Notes: generated by a model from the sequence alone, not told the origin. Positions 35,818-46,304 are shown, numbered from the stretch's first letter. The stretch is DNA of 64,000 nt from Candidatus Krumholzibacteriia bacterium (GCA_963836185.1 CAWIIQ010000001.1:1056001-1120000), one strand, 5' to 3'. Numbers and translations are program-made.

Positions 35818-36789
35818 GTGGGCAATCTAAGGGAAGCTATGCGCCGGGAGCTGCGGCTCCGCAACTACAGTCCGGGCACGATCAGGACATATCTTCAGCA
35901 CATGACAGAATTCACCAGGCACTTCGGCCGAAGTCCGTCCGAACTCGGCAGGGAAGAGATAAACTCCTACCTGCTCCACATGACGGAAGTAAGAAAGGTC
36001 TCCGCCACATACAGGGACCAGGCCATAAGCGCGCTGAAATTCTTCTACGGAAGGGTGCTGAAGAAACAGCTCATCATCGAAGAACTCCCACGTCCGAAGA
36101 AAGAATTCAAACTGCCGTCAGTGCTGAGCACAAAAGAAGTAGCTCGGCTCTTCCAGGCAGTCAGAAACCGGAAGCATCTCACCATCCTGATGCTCCTCTA
36201 TTCCGGTGGTATGAGAGTAAGCGAAGTAGTCAGGCTCAAACCTGAGGACATCGATCCAGAAAGACACCTTATCAGGGTGCGAGGGGGAAAGGGACGGAAG
36301 GACAGGTACACAGTCCTCTCGGATACGGCTCTCGATGTCCTCCGTGATTATTACCTGTCATGGAAGCCGGAATATTTTCTTTTTGAGGGAAACAGGAAAG
36401 GTTCTCATCTGTCGACAAGATCGGTCCAGAACGTCGTTTCAGCGGCCAGAAAGCGTGCCGGGCTGAAGAAGAAGTTCAGCACCCATGTTCTCAGGCACAG
36501 CTTCGCGACGCACCTCCTTGAAAGCGGCACCGATTTAAGGTATATTCAAGAACTACTGGGGCACAAAAGTGCCAGGACGACACAGATCTACACACATGTA
36601 ACACGGAGGGATATCGCACGGATCGTTAGCCCGCTGGACAGGATGATGGAGGGGGAAGCAGCGGCGACAGGACCGATCGGAACATCCGAACGGAAGAAAT
36701 CTCCCACCCACCCCACCCATTTTACTGAACGTCCTCGTCGCAAACGAACCAAAAACCGTCAAAACAACGAACCGGACACACACAAATAA
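35818..36789 (+). CDS. Tyrosine recombinase (integron-integrase-like N-terminal SAM domain; no IntI-specific insertion)
   Basis: Intact R(GMRVSE)-K(KGRKDR)-H-x-x-R(HVLRH)-H(LGH)-Y(TQIY); start GTG 35818 or ATG 35779/35839. Confidence 0.95.
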   Translation: MGNLREAMRRELRLRNYSPGTIRTYLQHMTEFTRHFGRSPSELGREEINSYLLHMTEVRKVSATYRDQAISALKFFYGRVLKKQLIIEELPRPKKEFKLPSVLSTKEVARLFQAVRNRKHLTILMLLYSGGMRVSEVVRLKPEDIDPERHLIRVRGGKGRKDRYTVLSDTALDVLRDYYLSWKPEYFLFEGNRKGSHLSTRSVQNVVSAARKRAGLKKKFSTHVLRHSFATHLLESGTDLRYIQELLGHKSARTTQIYTHVTRRDIARIVSPLDRMMEGEAAATGPIGTSERKKSPTHPTHFTERPRRKRTKNRQNNEPDTHK

Positions 36790-36809
36790 ACTGTTATATG
36801 ATAGCCGAG
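36770..36809 (+). other. attI-like primary recombination site (GTT at 36793)
   Basis: AAATAAACT-GTTATATGATAGCCGAG; right part is the reverse complement (16/17) of the end of cassette 1; no attC hairpin upstream. Confidence 0.75.
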
Positions 36810-36816
36810 AGAGGCT

Positions 36817-37230
36817 ATGAGAAAGAAATACCGTAAACTTTTCACGATACTATTAGTATCAGCGTTATTGGCTTCTTGTGAAGCCAACGATATTGGAAAG
36901 TGCACACATATCCCTGTCGAAGGAGTCGCAACAATTGTCACAGTCTGAAGAGCGTTCTGAATACCAGGATTGTGGTATGGGGGTTTTATTATACATCGAC
37001 CTGGCTCCCGATTGTCCAATTTACGCTGAAAGATTTCAATACAAAATACTCGACTTCTGACTTTGTACCCCAAAAGATGGGTCGAAGCCGTTGGCTTGAT
37101 AGAAGGATCTCAGCATAGGTGTATTTACTTTGCTAAGGGTGGTCCTTGTCCTAACTATATCGTTTGGGAAGATATAGACGTACAAAGCATTGAAGATTCA
37201 TGTACTGTGTGGGCTGCGGAATCACCATGA
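36817..37230 (+). CDS. Cassette 1: lipoprotein family B; frameshifted
   Basis: MRKK...LLASC lipobox; C-terminus PKRWVEAVGLIEGSQHRC...DSCTVW matches the 49236 and 52940 proteins. Confidence 0.7.
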
Positions 37231-37254
37231 TTGGGTTATGGGAGCTCGGCCATC

Positions 37255-37394
37255 ATATAACAGCAGTGTTCGCGGCTGCAGGCCTTCGGCCTTTCGCTCA
37301 GATGGCCTTTGTCACGGCGGCCGCAGGGCGACTGCCGCGCCAACCGGGCCTGGCGGCCCGGACGGCCACCTCGCGAACACGACCAATGTTATGT
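37255..37394 (+). repeat. attC-like site 1
   Basis: ATATAAC..GTGTTCGCG..CGCGAACAC..GTTATGT. Confidence 0.9.
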
Positions 37395-37420
37395 GACATG
37401 ACATTGAGATAGGAGGGGTA

Positions 37421-38016
37421 ATGAAAAGGCTATCTGCGGTCATATTCTTACTATTGCTGATGACGTCCGCTAGCGTACTTGCTGACTCGGTACAATTTAC
37501 CATACGAGTTCATCGAGACGTTGAGGATATCTCTGCGCTAGAGGTGAAAACCTTTGAGATCATTTCGGGGGGACTATTCCCAGAAACTGAACTAGAAACA
37601 GAGATGAAGGAGAAGATTCGAGCACGGATCGAGTCTACTGGATTAGTCTATGATCCTTCAAAGAAGGACCTCTTTGTTGGTGTTATCTTTGTTGGCTTCT
37701 CCGAGCATGGGAACAAGCTACCTGGATTGGAAGATTGGCCAAGTCAAACCCATGGATCTGTTGATTCAGCTTATGCGCTTCTAACTGCAGAATCTGAGAA
37801 TACAGAAGGGCAAGGTGCATGGAGGTCCATCCAAATCCACATTCTTGCACCACCTATCAGGAAGTTCCGGTTCGGATCTGGACGGGCTCGGTTACATACG
37901 ATGGATTAGAGACCGATACTGATAAACTGGCAAATGTGATGTTGGAACAATTACTTCTTGAATATCCCGTGCCATCTGGAAAGCCAGAGTTGCGAGAAGT
38001 GATATTAAGTGAATAG
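37421..38016 (+). CDS. Cassette 2: exported hypothetical protein; frameshift ~37850
   Basis: Signal peptide, AGGAGG RBS, continues in the 37819-38016 frame. Confidence 0.7.
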
Positions 38017-38033
38017 TGGAGGGGTGTCACGTC

Positions 38034-38173
38034 ACATAACAGAGTGTTCGCGGCTGCAGGCCTTCGGCCTTTCGCATAGATGGCCTTTGTCACGGCGGCC
38101 GCAGAAGCGCCCGCCGCGCCAACCGGGCCTGAGGGCCCGGACGGCCACCTCGCGAACACGACCAATGTTATTC
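38034..38173 (+). repeat. attC-like site 2
   Basis: Near-identical copy of the repeat. Confidence 0.9.
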
Positions 38174-38200
38174 GCCACCTAACCTTGCAAAGGAGATAAT

Positions 38201-38368
38201 GTGGATGTATTGAAAATGTTGCTTCCTTTCGGGATTGCCTTTTTAGTGTTCTTAGCTATAAGGGAAGTAATGTGCTGGTACTTCAGAATTAACAATATGC
38301 TCAATATGCTCAATAGTATTGATACCAGTTTAAAAAGAATGTCGGGAAGGACAGACAGTTCTTCTTAA
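38201..38368 (+). CDS. Cassette 3: 55-aa single-TM protein (not in ORF track)
   Basis: AGGAG RBS, GTG start, MDVLKMLLPFGIAFLVFLAIREVMCWYFRIN...; fills the cassette. Confidence 0.75.
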   Translation: MDVLKMLLPFGIAFLVFLAIREVMCWYFRINNMLNMLNSIDTSLKRMSGRTDSSS

Positions 38369-38399
38369 GACAATACAATTGATTTTACGGTTAGGCGGC

Positions 38400-38539
38400 G
38401 TATAACAGTGTGTTCGCGGCTGCAGGCCTTCGGCCTTTCGCTAAGATGGCCTTTGTCACGGCGGCCGCTAGAGCGCCCGCCGCGCCAACCGGGCCTGGCG
38501 GCCCGGACGGCCACCTCGCGAACACGACCAATGTTATCT
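38400..38539 (+). repeat. attC-like site 3
   Basis: Near-identical copy. Confidence 0.9.
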
Positions 38540-38617
38540 GAAACCACACCTTATCGTGGTATAATTCAGCGTTGCGTGGATTCTGGCCACAAGACACTGT
38601 GCCCCAAGGATGATGAG

Positions 38618-40555
38618 ATGAAGAGCAAGAACCTCACAAGAGTACTGATCGCCTGCCTATTTATCATGATCTCTAACGAAATATCTGCTCAATGGTATGA
38701 CTTGGGGAATCCTGTGTTCATTGACCCGGGGATGTTTCAGGACACACACATTTCTTACGATGGCAATGGAGGCCTGTTCTTTACGTGGTGCGATTGGAGA
38801 AACGGGGGAGCCCCTTATCAGGCGGATGTCTATGCACAATATGTGAATGCTGACGGAATAGCACAATTCGGACTGTCGGGGATGCCAATCGATACGATCA
38901 GCGGCAATCAGTACAAGGCTAATGTTTCATATGTGGGAGGGGATTGCGCGGTGATTGTATGGTCGGACCTGATGGATGGATATAAATTGCGAGCTCAGCG
39001 CATTAATTCCGAAGGAATGGTATTCTGGGGAGACAGAGGTGTGGATGTATCAGAACAGTCAGGAATGGGAGAAGTCGCATCAGTGATTCCAGATATTAAT
39101 GGAGGAGCCATAATATCCTGGAGAAATTTTTATGTTTGGATTCAACGGCTGGATTCACTGGGCAATCGGATGTGGGGGGAGGACGGAATAAGAATTAACA
39201 ATATTGGGGACACTGTTGGCAGTGCTCCTGCAATTGTGAGTGATGGGGCGGGAGGCGCAATAATCGTATGGTCAGACTATCGCTCTGGGAGCATGACGCA
39301 TGACATATATGCTCAACGTGTTAACTCAAACGGGGATGAGTTATGGACAGACGGGGGATTGCCGATTAACAACAATGAAGGAGCTCAAACTCAACCCTCA
39401 ATAGTGTTTGACGGAAATAACTCCTTTATCAGTTGGTTTAACAATACATGGGACATCGGTGTTCAGAAAATAGATCACGATGGTAATCTCTTATGGAATG
39501 TTAATGGAGTATATATTAGTCCAATAGAGCCCAGACCTAAGTATCGAGCCATGGCTGCCGATAATCATGGAGGTGTGATTGCCGCTTGGGAAGATTTTAG
39601 GAATACGAGTTCAACTGAATCTGATATTTACGCTCAGCGGATTCGCTCAGATGGGGAGATTGCATGGGATATAGATGGTATTGCGATTTACATTGGTGGA
39701 GGGGATCATCAACAGCCAGCAATTTCTACCACATCATCAGGCGATGCTATCATTGTTTGGACTAATTATTATGGAATTTACGCACAACGAGTGGATACCA
39801 GCGGAGCAATATATTGGCCAGAATACGGTGAAAACATTTCAAGAGGGCCAGGGTGCCAACACTGGCCACTTATCCAGAACATCGATGACAAAGAATTATT
39901 CGTTGTGTGGAATAAGAATGAGAATGATGCATGTTATGGAAACGACGATTTATATGTTCAAAAGATTGATCTTGAAGGACACATTGTAGGCACATTTCTA
40001 GATCAGGCCGAATGGTATTGTGTCTCTGATGAAATATGTTTGAAATGGTCGATTGTCTTATCCGCAAATAATCTTGAATTCATTATACTGCGCACATTAA
40101 GCGGAGAGCATAAGTACAGAGAAGTTGGCCGGATTATTGGATTCGAACGTCAATCCGAATTTTGCTATATTGATAGCACATGTAAACTTGGGGAAAAGTA
40201 CATATATCGTGTTATCGCTTCCATGGAAGATGATGAGATGTTGCTTTTTGAAACTACAACAATCCTGATGCCAAATCTAAAGTATGTTCTTCATCAGAAT
40301 TATCCGAATCCGTTCAATCCAATAACCAAAATCTCATACAGTCTGCCAAAACAGTGCATCGTCAGCTTAAAGATATACGATATTATGGGAAAAGAGATTG
40401 TATGCCTTGTTAACAATCAATTGCAGCAAGGTGAACAGGTAATACATTGGGATGGTAAAAACCACTTCGGAGATCTTGTTTCTTCCGGAACATATTTTTG
40501 CAAGCTTTTTGCTGGAAAACAGACAAAAGTAATTAAATTGATATGTCTGAGATGA
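38618..40555 (+). CDS. Cassette 4: secreted repeat (propeller-like) protein with FlgD/T9SS-like C-terminal domain
   Basis: Repeated DG.GGAIIVW.D.R..DIYAQR units; QNYPNPFNP; signal peptide. Confidence 0.85.
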   Translation: MKSKNLTRVLIACLFIMISNEISAQWYDLGNPVFIDPGMFQDTHISYDGNGGLFFTWCDWRNGGAPYQADVYAQYVNADGIAQFGLSGMPIDTISGNQYKANVSYVGGDCAVIVWSDLMDGYKLRAQRINSEGMVFWGDRGVDVSEQSGMGEVASVIPDINGGAIISWRNFYVWIQRLDSLGNRMWGEDGIRINNIGDTVGSAPAIVSDGAGGAIIVWSDYRSGSMTHDIYAQRVNSNGDELWTDGGLPINNNEGAQTQPSIVFDGNNSFISWFNNTWDIGVQKIDHDGNLLWNVNGVYISPIEPRPKYRAMAADNHGGVIAAWEDFRNTSSTESDIYAQRIRSDGEIAWDIDGIAIYIGGGDHQQPAISTTSSGDAIIVWTNYYGIYAQRVDTSGAIYWPEYGENISRGPGCQHWPLIQNIDDKELFVVWNKNENDACYGNDDLYVQKIDLEGHIVGTFLDQAEWYCVSDEICLKWSIVLSANNLEFIILRTLSGEHKYREVGRIIGFERQSEFCYIDSTCKLGEKYIYRVIASMEDDEMLLFETTTILMPNLKYVLHQNYPNPFNPITKISYSLPKQCIVSLKIYDIMGKEIVCLVNNQLQQGEQVIHWDGKNHFGDLVSSGTYFCKLFAGKQTKVIKLICLR

Positions 40556-40602
40556 TTATATACTCAATTTGAGCACTATACTTATAAGTCAGGTGTGGCT
40601 TC

Positions 40603-40742
40603 AGATAACAGAGTGTTCGCGGCTACAGGCCTTCGGCCCTTCGCTCAGATGGCCTTTGTCACGGCGGCCGCTAGAGCGCCCGCCGCGCCAACCGGGCCTG
40701 GCGGCCCGGACGGCCACCTCGCGAACACGACCAATGTTATCC
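40603..40742 (+). repeat. attC-like site 4
   Basis: Near-identical copy. Confidence 0.9.
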
Positions 40743-40777
40743 GACATCTTATTGAAGCTTAAAGAGGTGAAATTGCT

Positions 40778-41409
40778 ATGAAAATGATGAAGCCAATTGT
40801 TGTTCTGATAGTACTGATACTCCTGTTCTCGGTCGCAAAGTATGTCAGAGTTCAAGCATTTCATATTAGAAAGTGAGAGCAAGGTTGAGCTTCCTAATTA
40901 TTTTTATGATGACCTAGAGCCATACGTTACAACAATAGATCGCCAGCATTCTGACAAAGAGGATGATTCGCCTTGCTGAATCTGTTTATCCACCAAGAAG
41001 GAAGATGCTTGAGAAGCATCCAGGTTTGCCAGAAGAAATGGTAGCAGATTCACTGTGGGTGGCTGAAGAGCACGGCGATTTAAAAATACCCTACACACTA
41101 ACTGCGAGTGCAGTTCGGTACTATATTGATCTGATGAAGAGGTACGAAAAGAAGGACGAAACGCTCGATAGTATCCCGAAAAATGCAAAGTTAACATATA
41201 AAGCAGACATGCACGGTCCATCAACTTTCATTATTAATGGTGAATTGTATGAAAATGTTAAGGTTGTAACCCTTGAGTTAAGCTGGTCCACCTATACTAA
41301 TGCTTTGAATGCTGGAGGATTCAGTATTGTCAAGTTTGTGATTTTCGACAGGGAGAAGAATATTCTGGGTGTGTTTGGGGATGGATTCCCTGGAGAATGG
41401 GCGTCATGA
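40778..41409 (+). CDS. Cassette 5: exported hypothetical protein; frameshifted
   Basis: GAGGTG RBS, signal-like start at 40778, main ORF 40963-41409. Confidence 0.6.
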
Positions 41410-41437
41410 ACATTGGGAATATCCAATAGAAGACGTC

Positions 41438-41576
41438 GGATAACAGAGTGTTCGCGGCTGCAGGCCTTCGGCCTTCGCTCAGATGGCCTTTGTCACGGCG
41501 GCCGCTGGAGCGCCCGCCGCGCCAACCGGGCCTGGCGGCCCGGACGGCCACCTCGCGAACACGACCAATGTTATTC
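41438..41576 (+). repeat. attC-like site 5
   Basis: Near-identical copy. Confidence 0.9.
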
Positions 41577-41999
41577 GCCATGTGGCAGATGAATAAATTT
41601 AACTTCGATTTCTTCTTATTTTTTAGGACTCTTCTTTCCCCGCAGTACAGCCCCATCCAGCCTCAGGGTGACTTCCGGAGTCTCTAAAGCCTGATCGATC
41701 CAGTACCTCATATTTTCTCCGATGTTAAGGCCTAGACTCGTGCCGTAACGGGCCTGAGGGTGGCTTGCGGCTGAGACTGAGATCCTCGATCCTGAGGTTT
41801 TAAGGGGCCGAGATTGGTAGGGGAGAGCTCGTAAGGAACTTGCTTTCAACGATCGGGGCAATTCAGCGTACGACTTCGGGTCGCGCTGTCGCATCTTTAT
41901 CAGCCAAGGGTTGGCTGAAAGACTATTGAACCGGAGAGATTAAAGGATTAGATTTATAGGTGAGGGGTGATCTAGTATGAATTCCACACGGCGTATAAC
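41570..41999 (+). other. Cassette 6: near ORF-less cassette, homologous to cassette 8
   Basis: Bounded by matching inverted ends; shares sequence blocks with 45214-45645. Confidence 0.8.
41926..41954 (+). promoter_or_regulatory. Sigma-70-like promoter in cassette 6
   Basis: TTGAAC-N17-TAGATT, conserved in cassette 8. Confidence 0.65.
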
Positions 42000-42106
42000 A
42001 GAGGTGTTCGCGGCTGCGCATGTCACCCGGCCTGCAGAGCACGCCGGGCGCCAATGCTTCGCGTACACCGCCTGCGGCGGCGTCGCGAACACTCACAATG
42101 TTATAC
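41993..42106 (+). repeat. attC-like site 6 (divergent interior)
   Basis: Same ends and GTGTTCGCG/CGCGAACAC stem, different loop. Confidence 0.85.
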
Positions 42107-42125
42107 GATAAATGCCCTTATTCCT

Positions 42126-42155
42126 TTGACATATTCAATTCTACATAGATAGAAT
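42126..42155 (+). promoter_or_regulatory. Cassette-borne promoter of the kinase gene
   Basis: TTGACA-N18-TAGAAT, 8 nt before ATG, no RBS. Confidence 0.55.
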
Positions 42156-42163
42156 CTCCATAC

Positions 42164-45062
42164 ATGTTAGGGGAAACAATCTCACATTATGAAATTCTCG
42201 AGAAGCTCGGCGAGGGCGGGATGGGCGTAGTCTACCGCGCCCGTGACACGAAGCTCGACCGCGAGGTGGCTATCAAGCTCCTGCCCCCGCACCTGAGCTC
42301 CGATCCCGAGGCGGTAAAGAGGTTCGTCCATGAGGCGAAGACCGCCTCGGCCCTGAACCACTCCGCTATAGGCGTCATCCACGAGATAGACGAGACGGAT
42401 GACGGCCAGACGTTCATCGCAATGGCCCTCTACGAGGGGGGACTCTCAGGGAGAAGCATCGACAGCGGCAGCATGACATCTAGGCGAAGCAGTAACCATA
42501 GCCTCCCAGATAGCCTCGGGTCTCGACCAGGGCCCACGAGAAGGGGATAGTCCACAGGGACATCAAGCCGCAGAACATACTTCTGACCAGAGACGGCGAG
42601 GCGAAGATAATCGACTTCGGCCTAGCGAAGCTCGCCGGAAGGACGAAGCTGACGAGGGACGGGAGTACGCTCGGCACTGCCGCCTACATGTCCCCCGAGC
42701 AGGCGAGGGGAGAAGAGGTCGATCACCGTTCGGACATCTTCTCTCTCGGGACGATCCTGTACGAGATGCTCGCCGGTGAGCCACCATTCAAGGGGGAGCA
42801 CGAGGCGGCGTTGCTCTACGGGATAGTGCACGAGGAGCATGAAGAGATATCGGAGAAGTGCGGGGGCATAGCACCGGAATTGTGCAATGTGGTCGGAAAG
42901 ACGCTGAAGAAGGAAAAGGAAGCAAGGTATCAGAACGCGGCGGACCTGAAAGCTGAATTGAAGAGGTCGAGCACCGGCAGTGTCGATGAGGGCGGACCGA
43001 GGGATACGAAGGACGCTGGAAGAGGTAAAGGGTTCTGGATAGGCATTGCGGCGGTCACCGTGACACTCACAACTGCCGTACTTCTCGTAATGACCGGACG
43101 TGAGCCGGCGCCGCTTACCGCTTCGGAGATGACTCTCGCTGTGGTTGATTTTAATGACCTAGCAACAGAACCGGATCCTATAAAATCCAAGACGATTACA
43201 GAGCTGCTAAATACCTCCCTGGGAGATTTCTGTCCGATACGCGTTCAGAGCCCGGAACGAGTAAGGGAATGTCGAAGACAGCTTTTCGGTTCAACTGAAG
43301 CGCAGATAGAGGAAGGGCAGGAACTGGAGATCGCGCGCAGGAGCGAAGCGACCTATTTGCTTACTGGCAGCATCAGTGTCGTTGGCAACGACGGTTTTAT
43401 CTCTTGGAGGCTCATAGATGTACTAAGTGGGACTATCATCAAGGCCGGAACAGTCGAACCAGGTGAGATGATGGCAGTAGTTGATAAGATCGTGGAGGTC
43501 GTATTGCCGGAGATCGCAGAAGCTTCGGGAGTTGAGCAGACTGCAGAGCAGGTTTCCGTGGCACAATCTCGACATCTTCACAGCAGGCGTTTGAGCATTA
43601 CGTTAGGGGTAAGATAAATCATGACAGCGATCGTCCAGTCGAAGCACTCGATGAATACACGAAAGCTGTCGGATTAGATTCCAGTTTTGCTCTTGCCTGG
43701 TTTGCTATGTCTAGACTCTACTATGGTGCCATGATGATTAGGTATGATCCGGCACTTTATAATAAATACAATGAGCTTGCCTTAAGGTATGAATCCAGGA
43801 TGGGCACCAAGGAGAGGATGCAGCTTCGTGCTATTAATCTTGGAGGAGTCAAAACGATAGAAAAACTCAAGGAAATCCTCGAGCTCTGGCCTGATGACCG
43901 CGAGACGCTGCAGATGCTCGTCCTCAGAACCCACTATAATTGGATGCAAAAAGAATGTATCGAGTACTCTCGAATCGGATTGACGCTATACCCGGAAGAC
44001 CAGGTTTTCGGAGGAAGTATCTATATCACATCTCTTAATAATTTGGGTCTAAGCCAAGAAGCGATGAAGGCGTCCAGAGAATTTATCAGAAAATATCCTG
44101 ACGATTCGGCAGCTTGGCGTTCTCTTGCCGAGACATTTGTGGTCATGGGGCAACCGGACAGTGCCGAGGCGATCTGCAGAATAATTTTGGAGAAATATCC
44201 TGAAGGCAGCCAGAATGCAGAGGCAAGGCGGATGATAGCACGATGTGCATATCTTGCAGGCGATCTAGATGAATCGATTTCAAGGTATGATAGATTATTG
44301 TCAGACGCGAACCTGGATGAATCTACTCGTCAGGAGATTCTTTCTAACTATACTCACATTATAGATCTTACTTATGTATATCGAGAAGCTGGCCGCTACT
44401 ACGACGCCTTGCGGACCTTGAATGAGGCAAGACCGTACTTCGGCAACCGACCTGATCGCTGGGAATTACAAATGGGCTATCTGCTAGTAGATATTGGCAG
44501 GAACAAGAATGCGTTGAAACTCGCTGAAGAGATGCTTGCATCAGATAATATGCCAATGCAGAGGTATGCCAGACGATTCATGGGCAAGGCGCAAGTTAAT
44601 AATGGTGATATCCAAGGTGCTCAGGAAACTGTATCGATACTGGATGGACTTGGCATAGTCAGGGGACCTATCTACAAGTACCATTCATTTTTCACTCAGG
44701 CATATATTGCATTGGCAAGGAATGATGCTTCAGTGTCTCTAAAGCATCTTGATGATGCGGCCCAGATAGTGGGCTTCTCATACTGCATGTTCGGAATCGA
44801 GCTGAAGACATTGCAGGCGGAGGCGAACAGACTGGCAGGGGACCTGGAGGCGGCAGCCTCGATCCATGAAGAACTGCTGAGGATTCATGGCGGACATGCA
44901 TTGTCACACTTCGAACTCGGTAAACTGTATGAGGCAATGAGAAGAACGGACGAGGCAAAACTGCACTATAATAGATTCCTAGAGATGTGGAATAACGCTG
45001 ATGATGGATTACCTCAACCTGCACTCGCGAGGGAGAGACTGACAGCGCTTAAAGGTGTTTAA
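42164..45062 (+). CDS. Cassette 7: Hanks-type Ser/Thr kinase-TM-TPR protein; several frameshifts
   Basis: [38 protein letters not shown]-terminus. Confidence 0.85.
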
Positions 45063-45081
45063 ATAGAGCAGGGCTTTCATC

Positions 45082-45220
45082 GCATAACAGTGTGTTCGCG
45101 GCTACAGGCCTTCGGCCCTTCGCTCAGATGGCCTTTGTCACGGCAGCCGCAGGGCGACTGCCGCGCCAACCGGGCCTTGAGGCCCGGACGGCCACCTCGC
45201 GAACACGACCAATGTTATCC
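45082..45220 (+). repeat. attC-like site 7
   Basis: Near-identical copy. Confidence 0.9.
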
Positions 45221-45645
45221 GCTATGTGGCAGCTGATTGAATTTATCTTCGATCTTTTCTTTTTATTGGGACCCTTCTTCCCGCCCATCCCAACCATTAC
45301 CAGCCGGAGGTCGACTTCCGAGAGTCTCTAGAGCTAGTTCTGCAAGGTGACGAGTCCAACCCCTGTAAGAATAATGCCTCTATAGATGATCCGGCCTGAG
45401 GGTGGCTTGCGAGGCGCGACTGAGATCCTCGGGTCAAGAGGCTTTAAGGGCCGAAATAGGGGTAGGGGAGCGATCGTCAGGGACTTGCTATCATCGGTCT
45501 GAGGCAGGTTCATCTCTCGACTTCGGGAGGCGCAGTCGCAGTTCTATCAACGGGTCAACGCCGAAAGACTATTGAAAGTTCGAGATTAACGGTATAGATT
45601 TAGAGGTGAGGGGTGCCTATATATGAATTCCACACAGCGGATAAC
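45214..45645 (+). other. Cassette 8: near ORF-less cassette, homologous to cassette 6
   Basis: Ends GTTATCCGCTATGTGG / CCACACAGCGGATAAC; shared blocks with cassette 6. Confidence 0.8.
45572..45600 (+). promoter_or_regulatory. Sigma-70-like promoter in cassette 8
   Basis: TTGAAA-N17-TAGATT. Confidence 0.65.
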
Positions 45646-45767
45646 AGCAGTGTTCGCGGCTACGGGCCTTGAGGCCCTCGCTCAGATGGCCTTTACCGGC
45701 CTTTGGCGCGCCGGCCAACCGGGCCTGAGGCCCGACGACCAACTCGTTAACATGACCACTGTTATGG
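45639..45767 (+). repeat. attC-like site 8 (degenerate right arm)
   Basis: Left arm canonical; right arm CTCGTTAACATGACCACTGTTAT. Confidence 0.75.
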
Positions 45768-46291
45768 AGGGACGTTTTAGAAAATGTAACATACGAATCA
45801 TTCTGGTTGTTCTCGTCTTAACTTCAGCTCTTATATCCTGTGGAGAGGATAGCTGTGAGTGCCCTACACCTAATCCTATTGAATACACCAGCGTTGTGTT
45901 CTACTACAAAGATCATCCATATTGCTATTCAAGTACTGCTGGATTAGAGGTAGAGCTTTATGTCGGTGATGAACTCATAGGGTATTGGCATTATGGCTCT
46001 AATCCAGCAGATCCAAATCTAGATTATCCTAATTCGCAACCTTTTCCGGTTGAGCTCGGAAGTGCCTTGAACCTTGAATTCAGGTATTGGGATAAATCAG
46101 GTCATGAGATGAGAGACACAGCAAATCTCATCATGGATGATGAAGATTGCACTTACGTCAGTTTCTTTGCCGACATAGAAAATCCCTGCCTGGGTGCTGA
46201 GTTATGTGATAGTTGTATTGTTTTTGAGATCGATGAAAACATGAAGTGTGAGGGTGCTGATTCAATCTATGTCGCTGTAGTGACTAATTGA
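45764..46291 (+). CDS. Cassette 9: Cys-rich lipoprotein
   Basis: LISC lipobox; start uncertain. Confidence 0.7.
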   Translation: MEGRFRKCNIRIILVVLVLTSALISCGEDSCECPTPNPIEYTSVVFYYKDHPYCYSSTAGLEVELYVGDELIGYWHYGSNPADPNLDYPNSQPFPVELGSALNLEFRYWDKSGHEMRDTANLIMDDEDCTYVSFFADIENPCLGAELCDSCIVFEIDENMKCEGADSIYVAVVTN

Positions 46292-46304
46292 TGGAGACAG
46301 CGGC

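Noticed and set aside
35818-36789. Recombinase as XerC/XerD or prophage integrase
   Set aside because: No phage genes, tRNA target or att duplication; it directly abuts the cassette array.
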